DNA of 64,000 nucleotides from the NCBI RefSeq assembly GCF_963921235.1, contig NC_086098.1:237894001-237958000 (forward strand), in the 5' to 3' direction. The notes beneath the pieces are model-generated. The model made no database searches. It saw only the letters and a list, made by a program, of their open reading frames with translations, and had not been told where the DNA came from. Of the stretch, positions 1 through 10,589 are shown in pieces. Source of the stretch: Mobula hypostoma. Its lineage: Eukaryota. The stretch's first letter is position 1. Every line of letters starts with the position of its first letter. Made by a program: the position numbers and the translations under genes.

Positions 1-800
1 CTTTGGTGGCAAAAATAGGAAAACAGATTATATTCTGAATGGTGGCCGATTAGGAAAAGGGGAGGTGCAACGAGACCTGGGTGTCATTATACACCAGTCA
101 TTGAAAGTGGGCATGCAGGTACAGCAGGCGGTGAAAAAGGCGAATGGTATGCTGGCATTTATAGCGAAAGGATTCGAGTACAGGAGCAGGGAGGTACTAC
201 TGCAGTTGTACAAGGCCTTGGTGAGACCACACCTGGAGTATTCTGTGCAGTTTTGGTCCCCTAATCTTAGGAAAGACATCTTTGCCATAGAGGGAGTACA
301 AAGAAGGTTCACCAGATTGATTCCTGGGATGGCAGGACTTTCATATGAAGAACGACTGGATGAATTGGGCTTGTACTCGTTGGAATTTAGAAGATTGAGG
401 GGGGATCTGATTGAAACGTATAAGATCCTAAAGGGATTGGACAGGCTAGATGCAGGAAGATTGTTCCCGATGTTGGGGAAGTCCAGAACGAGGGTTCTGA
501 CAGTTTGAGGATAGAGGGGAAGCCTTTTAGGACCGAGATTAGGAAAAACTTCTTCACACAGAGAGTGGTGAATCTGTGGGATTCTCTGCCACAGGAAACT
601 GTTGAGGCCAGTTCATTGGCTATATTTAAGAGGGAGTTAGATATGGCCCTTGTGGCTACGGGGGTCAGGGGGTATGGAGGGAAGGCTGGGGCGGGGTTCT
701 GACTTGGATGATCAGCCATGATCATAATAAATGGCGGTGCAGGCTCGAAGGGCCGAATGGCCTACTCCTGCACCTATTTTCTAAGTTGTATGTTTCTATG
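1..800 (+). mobile_element. CR1-type LINE 3' fragment (RT C-terminus and 3' UTR), cut by the window edge
   Basis: ORF 65-508 (YKALVRPHLEYSVQFWSP...GVQRRFTRLIPG...RRLRGDLIETYKIL) and ORF 505-702 (RKNFFTQRVVNLW) are typical of the CR1 ORF2 end. Ends in a TTTCTATG-type tail. Very similar to 44340-44900. Confidence 0.92.
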
Positions 801-1196
801 AAATATGTGGAGTCACGGCCACAATTCCAAAACCACTCCCCAGCTGACACTTCGTTAAACTGATGAGACAGAAGGGTGAATCCTCAGCATGCTCTCCAGC
901 GCAATCGCGCCCCTGCTATAGTTTAACGTCCAGGCTCCAATTTTAACACATGACTCCAATTTTGGTATGATTAAAGTGTTACACAGTTTGAATATACGCA
1001 TTTCCTTTCTCTTAAATTCTATTCCACGGCAATTGAAGACAAATATTTGGTTTGGTATGTTCGCTTCACCACCTCGTCTCCAAGTCTCCTTTGCTACGGC
1101 CGTTCATTATATCTGTTCCCGAGCTTCCAAAACACTTCGCCTCGAAGTTCTCAGATTTAAACTTCATCTGCCATTGTTCGGGCCACCTTTAAGGGA

Positions 1197-1410
1197 GGCA
1201 CGGTAGCGTAGCGGTTATGGCAACTCTTTAGTGAGCCAACTGTAAGACTGTGGTTCAATCCCCGTCGCTACCTGTAAGGGTTAGCACGAGAATGCCTGGA
1301 TTTCCTCCGAGTGCTCTGATTTCCTCCCACAGTCTAAAGACGTGAAAATTAACGAGTAATTGAAAGAGACTGATGCCGTGCTGTATCTCTAAATTAAACT
1401 GAATTAACCT
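1197..1410 (+). mobile_element. tRNA-derived SINE (V-SINE/HE1-like)
   Basis: Head GGCACGGTAGCGTAGCGGTT with a B-box-like GGTTCAATCCC, and a V-domain-like core GGATTTCCTCCGAGTGCTCTGATTTCCTCCCACAGTCTAAAGAC. Confidence 0.75.
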
Positions 1411-1519
1411 CATCAGTATCGCTCTGTAGCTCAAACCTAATCTCCGCACTTCCAACAGCATCGCAAATCCCCGTCTCATTTCTGAACGTACTTATTGTAC
1501 TTTCTACGTACCCTCTGGG

Positions 1520-1750
1520 CCCCAGCAAACGCCGCCGTGTACAGTCTTAAGTCCGGCTAGGAAAGGAGTAGGGCTGGACATGGGATTCGCAACCCCATCC
1601 CGTAGTGCTACAGTAACGCAAACAGAAGCTCCCTGGGAAAAGAAGGACCTTGGGCTACACACTGGGACAATTTGAAAGTGACCCAGGATAGAAGACTCTG
1701 GCGAACTGCTTTCAGCGCCTATGCCCAATAGGGGTGATGGACTTTAAAAA
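1520..1750 (+). mobile_element. RTE-derived non-autonomous repeat fragment
   Basis: Motifs GCAACCCCATCCCGT and GACTCTGGCGAACTGCT...CCTATGCCCAATAGGGGTGATGG resemble RTE 3' ends. A related stretch occurs near 50880-50990. Confidence 0.55.
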
Positions 1751-1798
1751 AGGATCCCAGCATCAAAAGAAATGTATGAACTTGTTACGACAAGTTAC

Positions 1799-2125
1799 CT
1801 GTTACCACTAGTTTGGATCCATTGCCGAACTCGCCATAGAACTGGGCTGCGCAGAAATAGATCCCAGAATCATTTCGCTGAACGTTTTCTATCACCAGGG
1901 AGTAAGTGCCCGATTTTTCGTCCACCTGCCCCGAGAACCTCCCCTCTGCTTCCGAGAATCTGCCCATCCTGGCAACGAACTGCAGATGCCTTTGGTCGCT
2001 CCGTTTATACCAGTTTATAATAGCAAGCACACCGAGGTCCCGGCTGCAGTTCAGGACGGCCCGACCTCCGACACGGACGGTCTGAATCGGCGGAGACTGG
2101 AACAAGGCGGCCTGAGACACACAAA
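1799..2125 (-). CDS. VJ-type Ig domain exon (pre-joined V plus J-like G strand) of a non-rearranging antigen-receptor-like gene; exon 2
   Basis: Acceptor ttccttttttttag|TT and donor ACAG|gtaact define a 327-nt phase 1-1 exon: VCVSQAALFQSPPIQTVRVGGRAVLNCSRDLGVLAIINWYKR...GRFSGQVDEKSGTYSLVIENVQRNDSGIYFCAAQFYGEFGNGSKLVVT. B-strand Cys, C-strand Trp, DxGxYxC and FGxG are all present. No RSS. Confidence 0.9.
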
Positions 2126-2447
2126 CTAAAAAAAGGAAGATTTGATCACAGATGTTGTCCTCTCGCGGATGACACAGCGACTACAACACCGCGCCATGTT
2201 TTTGCAAATTGAAACTTTGGAACACAGAAAGAGCAGTATGCTCAGTCTGTAGAGTTAGTTGTACTACCCGCTGCTCTAGTCCCATAATTCCTTTCTTAAA
2301 ACTCCTTTGGAAATCATTCGAGTTATTTCATTCCCTGGTGGGGTAGGAATAAATTTACCGCACCATCTCTCCCGAGTAATCTACCTTCCTAATTCTACCT
2401 TCTACTTTCTCTGATTATCGGCTATCGGTGGTTAAATAAAAATATCA

Positions 2448-2730
2448 ACATAGAATACAGCGCAGTAACGGGCTCTTTTGTGTCGAGCCAATTAAATTAA
2501 TAATCAAGTGGCCATCTAATCTCTTCTGCCGACACAACGGCCATTTTCCTTGCATCAATGCGCCTATCTAAACGTATTCTAAAAGTTCTTAATGTGTCTG
2601 GCTCTGCCACTACCCCAGCACTTTCCAGGCATCAACAATATCTACCCCTCACATCTTCAAATCTACCCCCTTTCAACTTAACTGCATGCCCTCCGGTATT
2701 ACAACCCCCTTATTTATTCTACCAAATCAC
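2448..2730 (-). mobile_element. Old CR1 3' fragment inside the leader-V intron
   Basis: AACATAGAATACAGC...CTATCTAAAC...CCACTACC matches the antisense CR1 3' UTR. It is also present in the paralogous block (about 13125-13460). Confidence 0.6.
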
Positions 2731-2807
2731 TTCAGTTAACTAACGATCAACATTCCCTCTGAATCAGCTGCCCAAGCTCTTCTCTGCTCGAAATTCTGGT
2801 CACTTAC

Positions 2808-2850
2808 CTTGCAGTAGGTAAGACAGCGCGAAGACCGCGAAGCGTCTCAT
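2808..2850 (-). CDS. Leader (signal peptide) exon 1 of the VJ-type receptor gene
   Basis: ATG AGA CGC TTC GCG GTC TTC GCG CTG TCT TAC CTA CTG CAA G|gtaagt: 43 nt, perfect donor, phase 1. It splices in frame to 2125, giving MRRFAVFALSYLLQVCVS-QAALFQ. Confidence 0.85.
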
Positions 2851-3910
2851 TGTTCGTGACCGAATTAAACTCCGAGTGTTAATCGCAGACGCGTGTTCAT
2901 CGGTTTGCAAGATCGGTGCAAGGGAGGGGTGAGAGCCTTTGTAATTGATGAAAATCAAACGTAATGCTTATTAGTAAATGTTATGTTGTGTTGGAAAAAG
3001 GTAGAGGCGTTCTGCGGGTTTCCTGTTTACGCGGGGCCAGGTACACGCAGATGGAACGCGGTTTGCAAACACATAAAAAAAATATACGTCTACTCGCGTC
3101 GGTCTAACCACACTCGAAGCACTCTACATCGTGCTAACCCTGGGGTGTGAGACTATGGACAGGACCCTGGTTAGATTTATCGTGAAGGCCTAATTAGTAC
3201 AGGAAATCTTACGCCAGAGAAGTATGTACAGAGGGGTGGGTTAATTTTGTCGGAGTTAATTTTAAATCTAAAAGTGTTTGCTGAAGTGGTTTTGGCGATT
3301 TTTCCAGGCGGCGATGGCTGTGTTGGAGGCGGCCAAGGACGTTTCTATCATGTTTCAGGCCTTCTGTCTGCCCGAGTTGTTTAATGCACAACGGAGTGTG
3401 TTTTTCTAATCGAGGTTGCAAAGTTGCAAAGGCACCGTGCGATCTTTACACAGAAAGCTCCCACAAACCGGCCACGTAATGGTGTCTGGTCTGGATTGAT
3501 AGATATTGGCTCCAAGGACGGAAAGGGATCACTTTCTCTTGTTTCAGTGGAGTGGCCATGAATAGGCGGGCTTCAGTTTAACTTCTCGCCTGAACACCGC
3601 ACAGTGGGCAGCGCGGCTTGTTGAAGTACTTGCACAGAAGTTGAAGTTAAGCAGAAGGTTAAGGAGGAGAGGAATGAAGCTAAATGTTGAGGAGGGTGGG
3701 GGGAGGAGGCTGACATGGAGTGAGCTGCCAGTGACCAATGGGAGTTGTACTGAAGTGATGAAACCATCTCTCTGGAATGGACGGAAAGAAGGATTTTTTC
3801 ACTGTTCCTAGGTACAATAATAAACCGATTATGCTGAGTGTTTGATTGCACTAAGTGGCTCTATTATTTTCATCAAATATCACATCATATACACACATAA
3901 ACACGTGTAT

Positions 3911-3912
<2 letters not shown>

Positions 3913-3956
<44 letters not shown>
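3913..3956. repeat. (CA)n microsatellite
   Basis: Direct inspection. Confidence 0.95.
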
Positions 3957-5199
3957 ATTCGTGATGGAGGTTTGTGACAAGTGGTGTCCCTCAGGGATCG
4001 GTATAAAGGCCTGTTAAAGGAGAAAAATATGGGTTATTATTCCTTTCCACAGATGCTGTCTAGCCTGCTCAGTTCGCCCAGTATTTTGTGTCTGTTGCTC
4101 TGGATTTTCAAAATCTCCAGGACCTCTTGTGTTTATGACAGAGGCGTTTAAGGGTCTGTTCCATAGAAGCCATAGAAACCATAGAAACTACAGCACAGAA
4201 ACAGGTCTTTTGGCCCTTCTTTGCTGTGCCGAACTATTTTCTGCCTAGTCCCACTGACCTGCACACGGAACAGAAACTATAGAAACTACAAAAGTATGAA
4301 TATAACAGGACATAGATCACGTTGAAGCAAACGAGAATTAGTTTCATTTGTCACTGTGTTCGGCGAAAAACATTGTGGGCTGAAGGGCATGTTCCTGTGC
4401 TGTTTTTCCTGTCTTATGATTGTTAAATATTTCCAGAGCTTTTGGGCTTTTATTCCTGGTCACAACGACCTCCTGCACAAAGCTCCTTTGTCCCCCGTTT
4501 TGAATCTTTGTTTACTGGGACTCGGTCTCCAGAAACCCTCCTGTCTGTTTCTCAGAATCAGCAGTGATATCAGTCATACAGCGCTCAAAGCGGCCCTTCG
4601 GCTCCACGTCCGTCCCATCTGTCCGCTTTTGGCCCATAGACCTGTAGCTCTCTCCTATCCTTCTACTTTTCTAGATGGATTTTAAACTTTGTTAATGTAC
4701 GCGCCTTGACACAGTTTCTGGCAGCTCCTTTCAAATACGCACCACCCTTTGCGTGAAAAAGCAACCCTGATTCTCGTTTTAAATCTCTCACATCTGATCT
4801 TAAACATATGTCCTCTTCCTAGCGCCCGTTAGCTGGAAAAAAGACGGTGTGTTTTCGCCTTGCCTTCGCCACTCATGATCTTATATGCCTGTCAGGTCAC
4901 TTTTCAATTTCTAACATTCCAGAAAACTGTCCTACCCTACTCAAGTAACTTTGTAACCCGAGTCCTCAAGACAATGCAACATCCTTTTAAGTTCTTTCTA
5001 GTTCATATCGATTGAATTGGACCCGGATTGTGTATTTGGCCACGACGTTAGTTTCTATAGGGATCAAATGACAGGAAAATTCAACCTCTCCCTGCATTGG
5101 TTTAGTTCCCTCCTCCTTTAAGTAGACCACTATCAGTCCAGTACTTAAGTACTTGAAATGACGAGCCTTAAAAACAACGCACTGTGGATTTGACATCTG

Positions 5200-5740
5200 G
5201 CATCATGAAAAGCTCCAACAGCCTCTTCATGGCCCGTATCCAATCCAGCTATCCGGAAAACCTCCACCCGCTGCAATTCGCCTACCGCCGAAACAGGTCT
5301 ATGGCGGATGCTATAACCAGAGCCAGGAGAAACTGCAGAGAATTGTGAACAGAGCTCAGCATACCACGGAAACCACCCTCAGTAAACATATTGAAAGACC
5401 CCACCCACCCCGGAGACTCTCTCTTCTTCGCTTTCCCAACGGGCAGAAGATACAAAAGCCATGAAAGCACGTACCACCAGGCCCAAGGGCAGCTTGTATC
5501 CACTGTTATGAGACTCCTGTACCGACTTCTTGTATGTATGGACTTCTGGCTAGCTGGATATTATTTGCACTTCATTGTTTACCCGCACTGCGCTTTCTCT
5601 GTAGCTGCTACACTTTATTCTACATTGTAAGTGTACCTCGTACTACCTTAGTGCATTGTGTAGTGATTTGATCTGTCTAAAGAGTACACAGGTCAAGCTT
5701 TCAACGATTTCTTGGTACATGTCACAATAGTAAACTAATA
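5200..5740 (+). mobile_element. Rex1/Babar-like LINE fragments
   Basis: LHPLQFAYRRNRSMADA-like and DPTHPGDSLF...PTGRRYKS motifs (ORF 5391-5630), followed by a typical 3' UTR. Confidence 0.65.
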
Positions 5741-6994
5741 CTGTTGCCAATATTTTAATAACACCTTTATTTATTGTAATAACATCAGGTTAACATGGGA
5801 AACTGGGAACTGTATATTTCGGGGACGATCTGTCTTCATTGGTAGCACAGATAAAGGGTATCGACACGAAATGTCCACTGTCCACTTCCCTCCACAGATA
5901 CTTCCTGGGCCGCTGAGTTCCTCCAGTTCCTTTGTGAATTGCTTCGGATCTCTCTTCAGTCGCCATCTGGGCGATTGTGGTAGGTCGTTCTCCCTTTGCA
6001 GGAGGCCATCCACCGGAGTATGAGGGACCAGATGAAAGAGGACCCTGCCCCTTTAATGGGAAGGAGAGGTTTCCCGGAGTGGCAACACGGTACTGTTGAA
6101 TCGGGTTGGAATTCAGACAGAGTGTACAGACCCTTTAAAATTCTGGCGACCGGATTTCTAAAGAAGTGCTCGTTGTCCCCTAGAACCGCAGCAGTCAATC
6201 CTGTCGTTTGCAGCGGCTGCGATGGAGGAGGGACGCTGCCCCTTTAAGCGGCTGCTTTCTTTTCCGGCAGCTCCTAGGAAAACAAGGGGCCCCGTCTTTA
6301 CATTTCCTCCAATCAGCCCTCTTCCAGAAGGCGGCGACTGATTCCCAGTGACACAGAGGCGGTGAGCGCGCAGTTGGCCACTTTGATCCGTAAAGCCGTT
6401 CCCAACAGGCACCATGAAACGCCACGATCCCCGCGGGACGAGTAGTCCCGAATAGGAGGAGGTGACTCCCCGTTCTGCATACTGGTGAGACCCCGCTGAG
6501 CCCTTTTCAGACCGTTTCCCTGAAGTGTACGACTCAACGGAAACGTCTAACCGCTGTAACTGTTTGCGCGAGAAAGAAGCTAACTGCGCGGGTGCAATGT
6601 GTTCTCTTTCCCTGCGAAAAATTTACTTAAAATATCCAGTAAGGATTTCGCCGTTGGTAACTTGCTGCTTTCAGACTTTACCCTAAGTGAAACACGAGAT
6701 AAAGTTCTTGTAGTGACAGGCGTCAGGAGATATGAGGGCAGGGGATGGTTGAAGTTTGTCAGGAGGGGCGTGGCGGGATGAGATGGGGAGATCCGGTGGT
6801 TTCGGAGGTGGGAACACGCGGTCGTCCTGATGGCAGTGGGATGGGAGTGATTGGAGCAGGCTATCGGAGGGGTGGTCCAGATGATCAGATGAAGCCAAGA
6901 GAGTGCCACGTGATTAGATCTGTTCCTGAGAGCTACCAGGCCCGACCACCGCCCCGAAGACGGGAGTTCGAATCCCCTCTGGCCAGCTGTGGAT

Positions 6995-9390
6995 TTAAAA
7001 CTTACTGAAATAAACAAGTCTGAACACGTTTAAAACTAGTATCCATGGTTGCCTCGCGTAGATCACACCTAGTTTACTGATGAACCAGGAGTAAATCTGA
7101 CATTCTTTCTTCATCTATTCTGTCACCTCGGACCCAGAAAGATATCGCTGGTGTTCAAATGCTCCCGTGAAATTAACTCAGTTACAGTAACGTCGGGGAC
7201 AATGGGCTGGTGCATTCCGGGTTGTACGGGTACGTGCTAAGTGACACACTGAAGTTGGAGCAGTTACTACAAGGGCTCGGAAAGGGAGGACCGCACTGTA
7301 GGGTTCTACCGCCACTGGAGAGAGGGCCCGGACTGGATGAGTAAGCCCTTCACTTTTTTAGTGGTATACCACACCCAGGGGGCCACATAAATGCCCACAG
7401 TCCAATTGGTTTTAAAGGAATGAAATAGAGCAGTACTTAAAACACTGATAAGGAATGTAAGAATGAAAATGTATTGGCCAGTTTATTCTTTATATTTTTT
7501 TATTTACGGGTAAAGTTTATTTTGATAAAAATAATGTTCGCCTAATTAACAAGCAATCTCTGGTGAGCTGTAGGCATATAGTAAATTGTATTGAAATATC
7601 CAGATCTAACACACGGAGTCACTGGGCACAATGCACGGAGGATAAGAAATAAGGTGGATGATCTTGTTGCACGATCACAGATTGTCAGGTATGATGTTGA
7701 GGTTATCACTGAAATCGTGGCTGAAAGAATGTCGTAGTTGGGAGCTGAATGTCAAGGTTACACGTGTATCGGAGGGATAGGAAAGTAGGCAGAGGAGGTG
7801 TTGTGGTTCCACTTGTAAAGAATGGCACCAAATCAGTAGAAAGATGTGACATAGGATCGGAAGATGTTGAATCCTTGTGGGATGTGTTAAATAACTGTAA
7901 GGGCAAAAGGACCCTAATGGCAGTTATATACAAGGCCTCCCAACATTAGCTGGGATGTGGACCACAGATTACAACGAGAAATCGAAAAGGCGTGTCAAAA
8001 GTAATAACCGTGAGAGATTTCAATATGCACATCGATTGGGAAAATCAAGTTGGTAATGGTTCTTAAAAGAGATAATTTATTGCATGCATAGGAGATGACG
8101 TTTTAGAGCGTTTGCTGTTGAGCCTTCGAAGGGATCAGCTTTCCTGGATTGGGTGTTATGTAATGAACCGGAGGTGAAAAGGGAGCTTAAGGTAAAGGAA
8201 TCCTTAGAAGACAGATATCACAATATGATTGAAATCAAATTAAAATTTGATAGGTAGAAAGTAAGGTCTGACGTAACACTATTTCAGTGGAGTAAAGGAA
8301 ATGTCAATGGTATGAGAGAGGAGTTGACCGAAGGAAGTTGGAAGGAGATGCCGGCAGGGATGCCAGCAGGGCAGCAATGGCTGAGATTCTGGGGAAAATG
8401 AGGAAGTTGTAGGATAGATGCCACGAAGACGCAAGGTAAAATGCCCTCTCACCAAGTATGGCTTTCAAATTTACTGAAATAAGTAAATCTGCAAACGTTT
8501 AAAAATGGAATCCATGGTTGCCTCGCGTAGATCCCACCTAGTTACTGATGATTCAGGATTAAATCTACCATCCTTGTTTCGTCTAGTCTGTCCCCTCGGA
8601 CCCAGAAGATGCTGGTGTTCAAATGCGTCCATGAAATTAACTCAGTCCCAGTAAGTCGCGAATAATGAGCTGGTGCATTCGGGGTTGCAGAGGTACATGC
8701 TAAGTGACACACTGAATATGGAGCAGTTACCACAAGGGCTCGGAAGGGGAGGACGGCACTGTAAGGTTCCACCGCTACTGGAGAGAGGACCCGGATTGGA
8801 TAAGTAAACCTCTCACGTTTTAATAGTGTACCACCCCCAGGGGGCCACATCAGGGCCCACAGTCTAATTGGTTTTAAGGAAATGTAATAGAACACTACTG
8901 AAAACATTGATTAGGAATGTGTGCATGGAAAGGTATTTGACGGTTTTCTATTTTTTTTATTTACGGGTAAAGTTTATTCCGAGAAAAATAATATTCGCCT
9001 AATCAGCCAGCAGCCTCTAGTGAGTTTTAGGCATACAGTGAATGGTATGAAATATCCAGGATTCACTGGAGCACAATGCACGGAGGATAAGAAATAAGGT
9101 GGATGATCTTGGTGCACTATTGCAGACCGTCAAGTATGATATTGTGGCCATCACTGAAATCGTGGCAGAGGAATGGTTGTAGTTGGGAGATGAATGTCCA
9201 GGCTTACACGTTGTATCGGAGGGATAAGAATGTAGGCAGAGGAGGTGACGTGGCTCAGCTTGTAAACAATGGTATCAAATCAGTAGAAAGATGTGACATA
9301 GGATCGGAAGAACTTGAATTCTTCTGGGATGTGTTCAGCAACTGTAAGATTAAAAGGGCCCTGAGAGCAGCTATATACAGGGGTGATTGA
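6995..9390. repeat. Diverged tandem duplication (about 6995-8000 versus 8465-9390) of unique DNA plus a CR1 endonuclease fragment
   Basis: Colinear matches such as ATCCATGGTTGCCTCGCGTAGATC and TGCACGGAGGATAAGAAATAAGGTGGATGATCTT occur in both copies. Confidence 0.85.
7625..8430 (+). mobile_element. Degenerate CR1 ORF2 endonuclease fragment
   Basis: NARRIRNKVDDL..., YRRDRKVGRGG...ERCDIGSEDVESLW motifs with stops and frameshifts. Confidence 0.8.
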
Positions 9391-9899
9391 TAAGTTCGTA
9401 GCCTAAGGTAGAAGGAGTCAATTTTAGAAAACCTAGTACATTTATTTTTCAACATAGTCCCCTTCTACAGCGGTCGTGGAGCATACCGATCCCTTCTTTG
9501 GACCTCGAGAGAGTGGCCACAGCAGGGCTGATTGATAAATTCCTAGCCTAAGGTAGAAGGAGATAAGTTATTAACTTCAAACTTTCTGCATAATCACGCA
9601 AACAGTTGAACTGCAAGTGAGTTTTATAACTCATCTCCTTCTACCTTAGGCCTGAGAAACTGTACTGTCGAGTCAACCGACTCTGAAAGCTGGCGGTATT
9701 CGTTTAATTCTTAGTTGCTCTTTTCAGACGCAGTGTAGGCTTCGCTTTCCATTTGAGTGTTTTAGACAACGGCCCCGTTTGGTCTAGCGTTTTTTTGATT
9801 TCTTTTCCCTTTAACATTGTTCGCATTAAAGTCTGTGAGCTATCGACCTGCTTCAGTGTCTCTCACTCCGCACTTGGGCCATATCCGAACCAGGTGACA
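9385..9899. mobile_element. LTR-like repeat (probable LTR remnant)
   Basis: Ends in GGTGACA. It shares a long block (GAGTCAAC..ACTCTGAA...TTCGCATT.AAGTCTGTGA) with 62315-62520. The left boundary and TSD were not found. Confidence 0.4.
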
Positions 9900-10589
9900 C
9901 CCAGAACAGAATCCTTGGTGAGCCCTGTCCGAAATGGCAAGCAAACCTCACAATTAGTGATTAACTGTGAATAGATAGATAAACTAATTTGCCGGCTAAA
10001 CATCCTTTTAATGAATACAGGATAAGTCTTCCGAATTTGACCAGATTAACGTCGATTTGCTTTCTGGACTCCCGTTAGATATTGTTCAGATACCTTAACC
10101 AATGAATACAAACGAAAATCACAGTGTACGTTTAAATTGCTTCCTCTTTAGAACTAGTGTATATCTGTTTCGAGTGATTCGCATGACAGCCAAATGAAAG
10201 CCAGATTGAAACGTAGTTGGAGGCTTTCGTTTCACCAAGCAACAATTCTCTTTCTCTGGGCTGGTGTCTTCCCAGAGCGATCTTTCTTGGGCTCTTTGTC
10301 TTCCTGGTTATCTTCATTTTGACTTGGATCTCTAACCTAAAGAGCGTAGGTCAGGTGAGGGTTCGCTTTTTCCTGGCATATCCATATACCTATGAATGGT
10401 TACCGCCGTACATTTTTGAGGCTCTGTGTTATAACTGCAGCCAATGGGTTTAGAAGAGATGTCGCAGAGATTAGTTGTGACTGGGAAGTGGGCCGAATTA
10501 GACTGAACTCCTGACGGGGTGGGAGGGGGGATGTTTGAAGGCCTGGAACACGTGTTCCCACTATTAGTGGCGTCTCTGTGTAAATTGCT

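Noticed and set aside
1512-1718. In-frame phase 1-1 candidate exon just downstream of the VJ exon (GAESSSPESS...CWGPE)
   Set aside because: Weak acceptor, and it lies antisense within an RTE-derived repeat; no Ig, stalk or TM character.
5956-6537. Cluster of short overlapping ORFs in relatively GC-rich unique DNA
   Set aside because: No recognisable domain and no consistent splice structure.
8740-8800. YPIRVLSPVAVEPYSAVL resembles alpha-tubulin YPAPQVSTAVVEPYNSIL
   Set aside because: The similarity stops after 18 residues and the flanks do not follow tubulin; likely chance.
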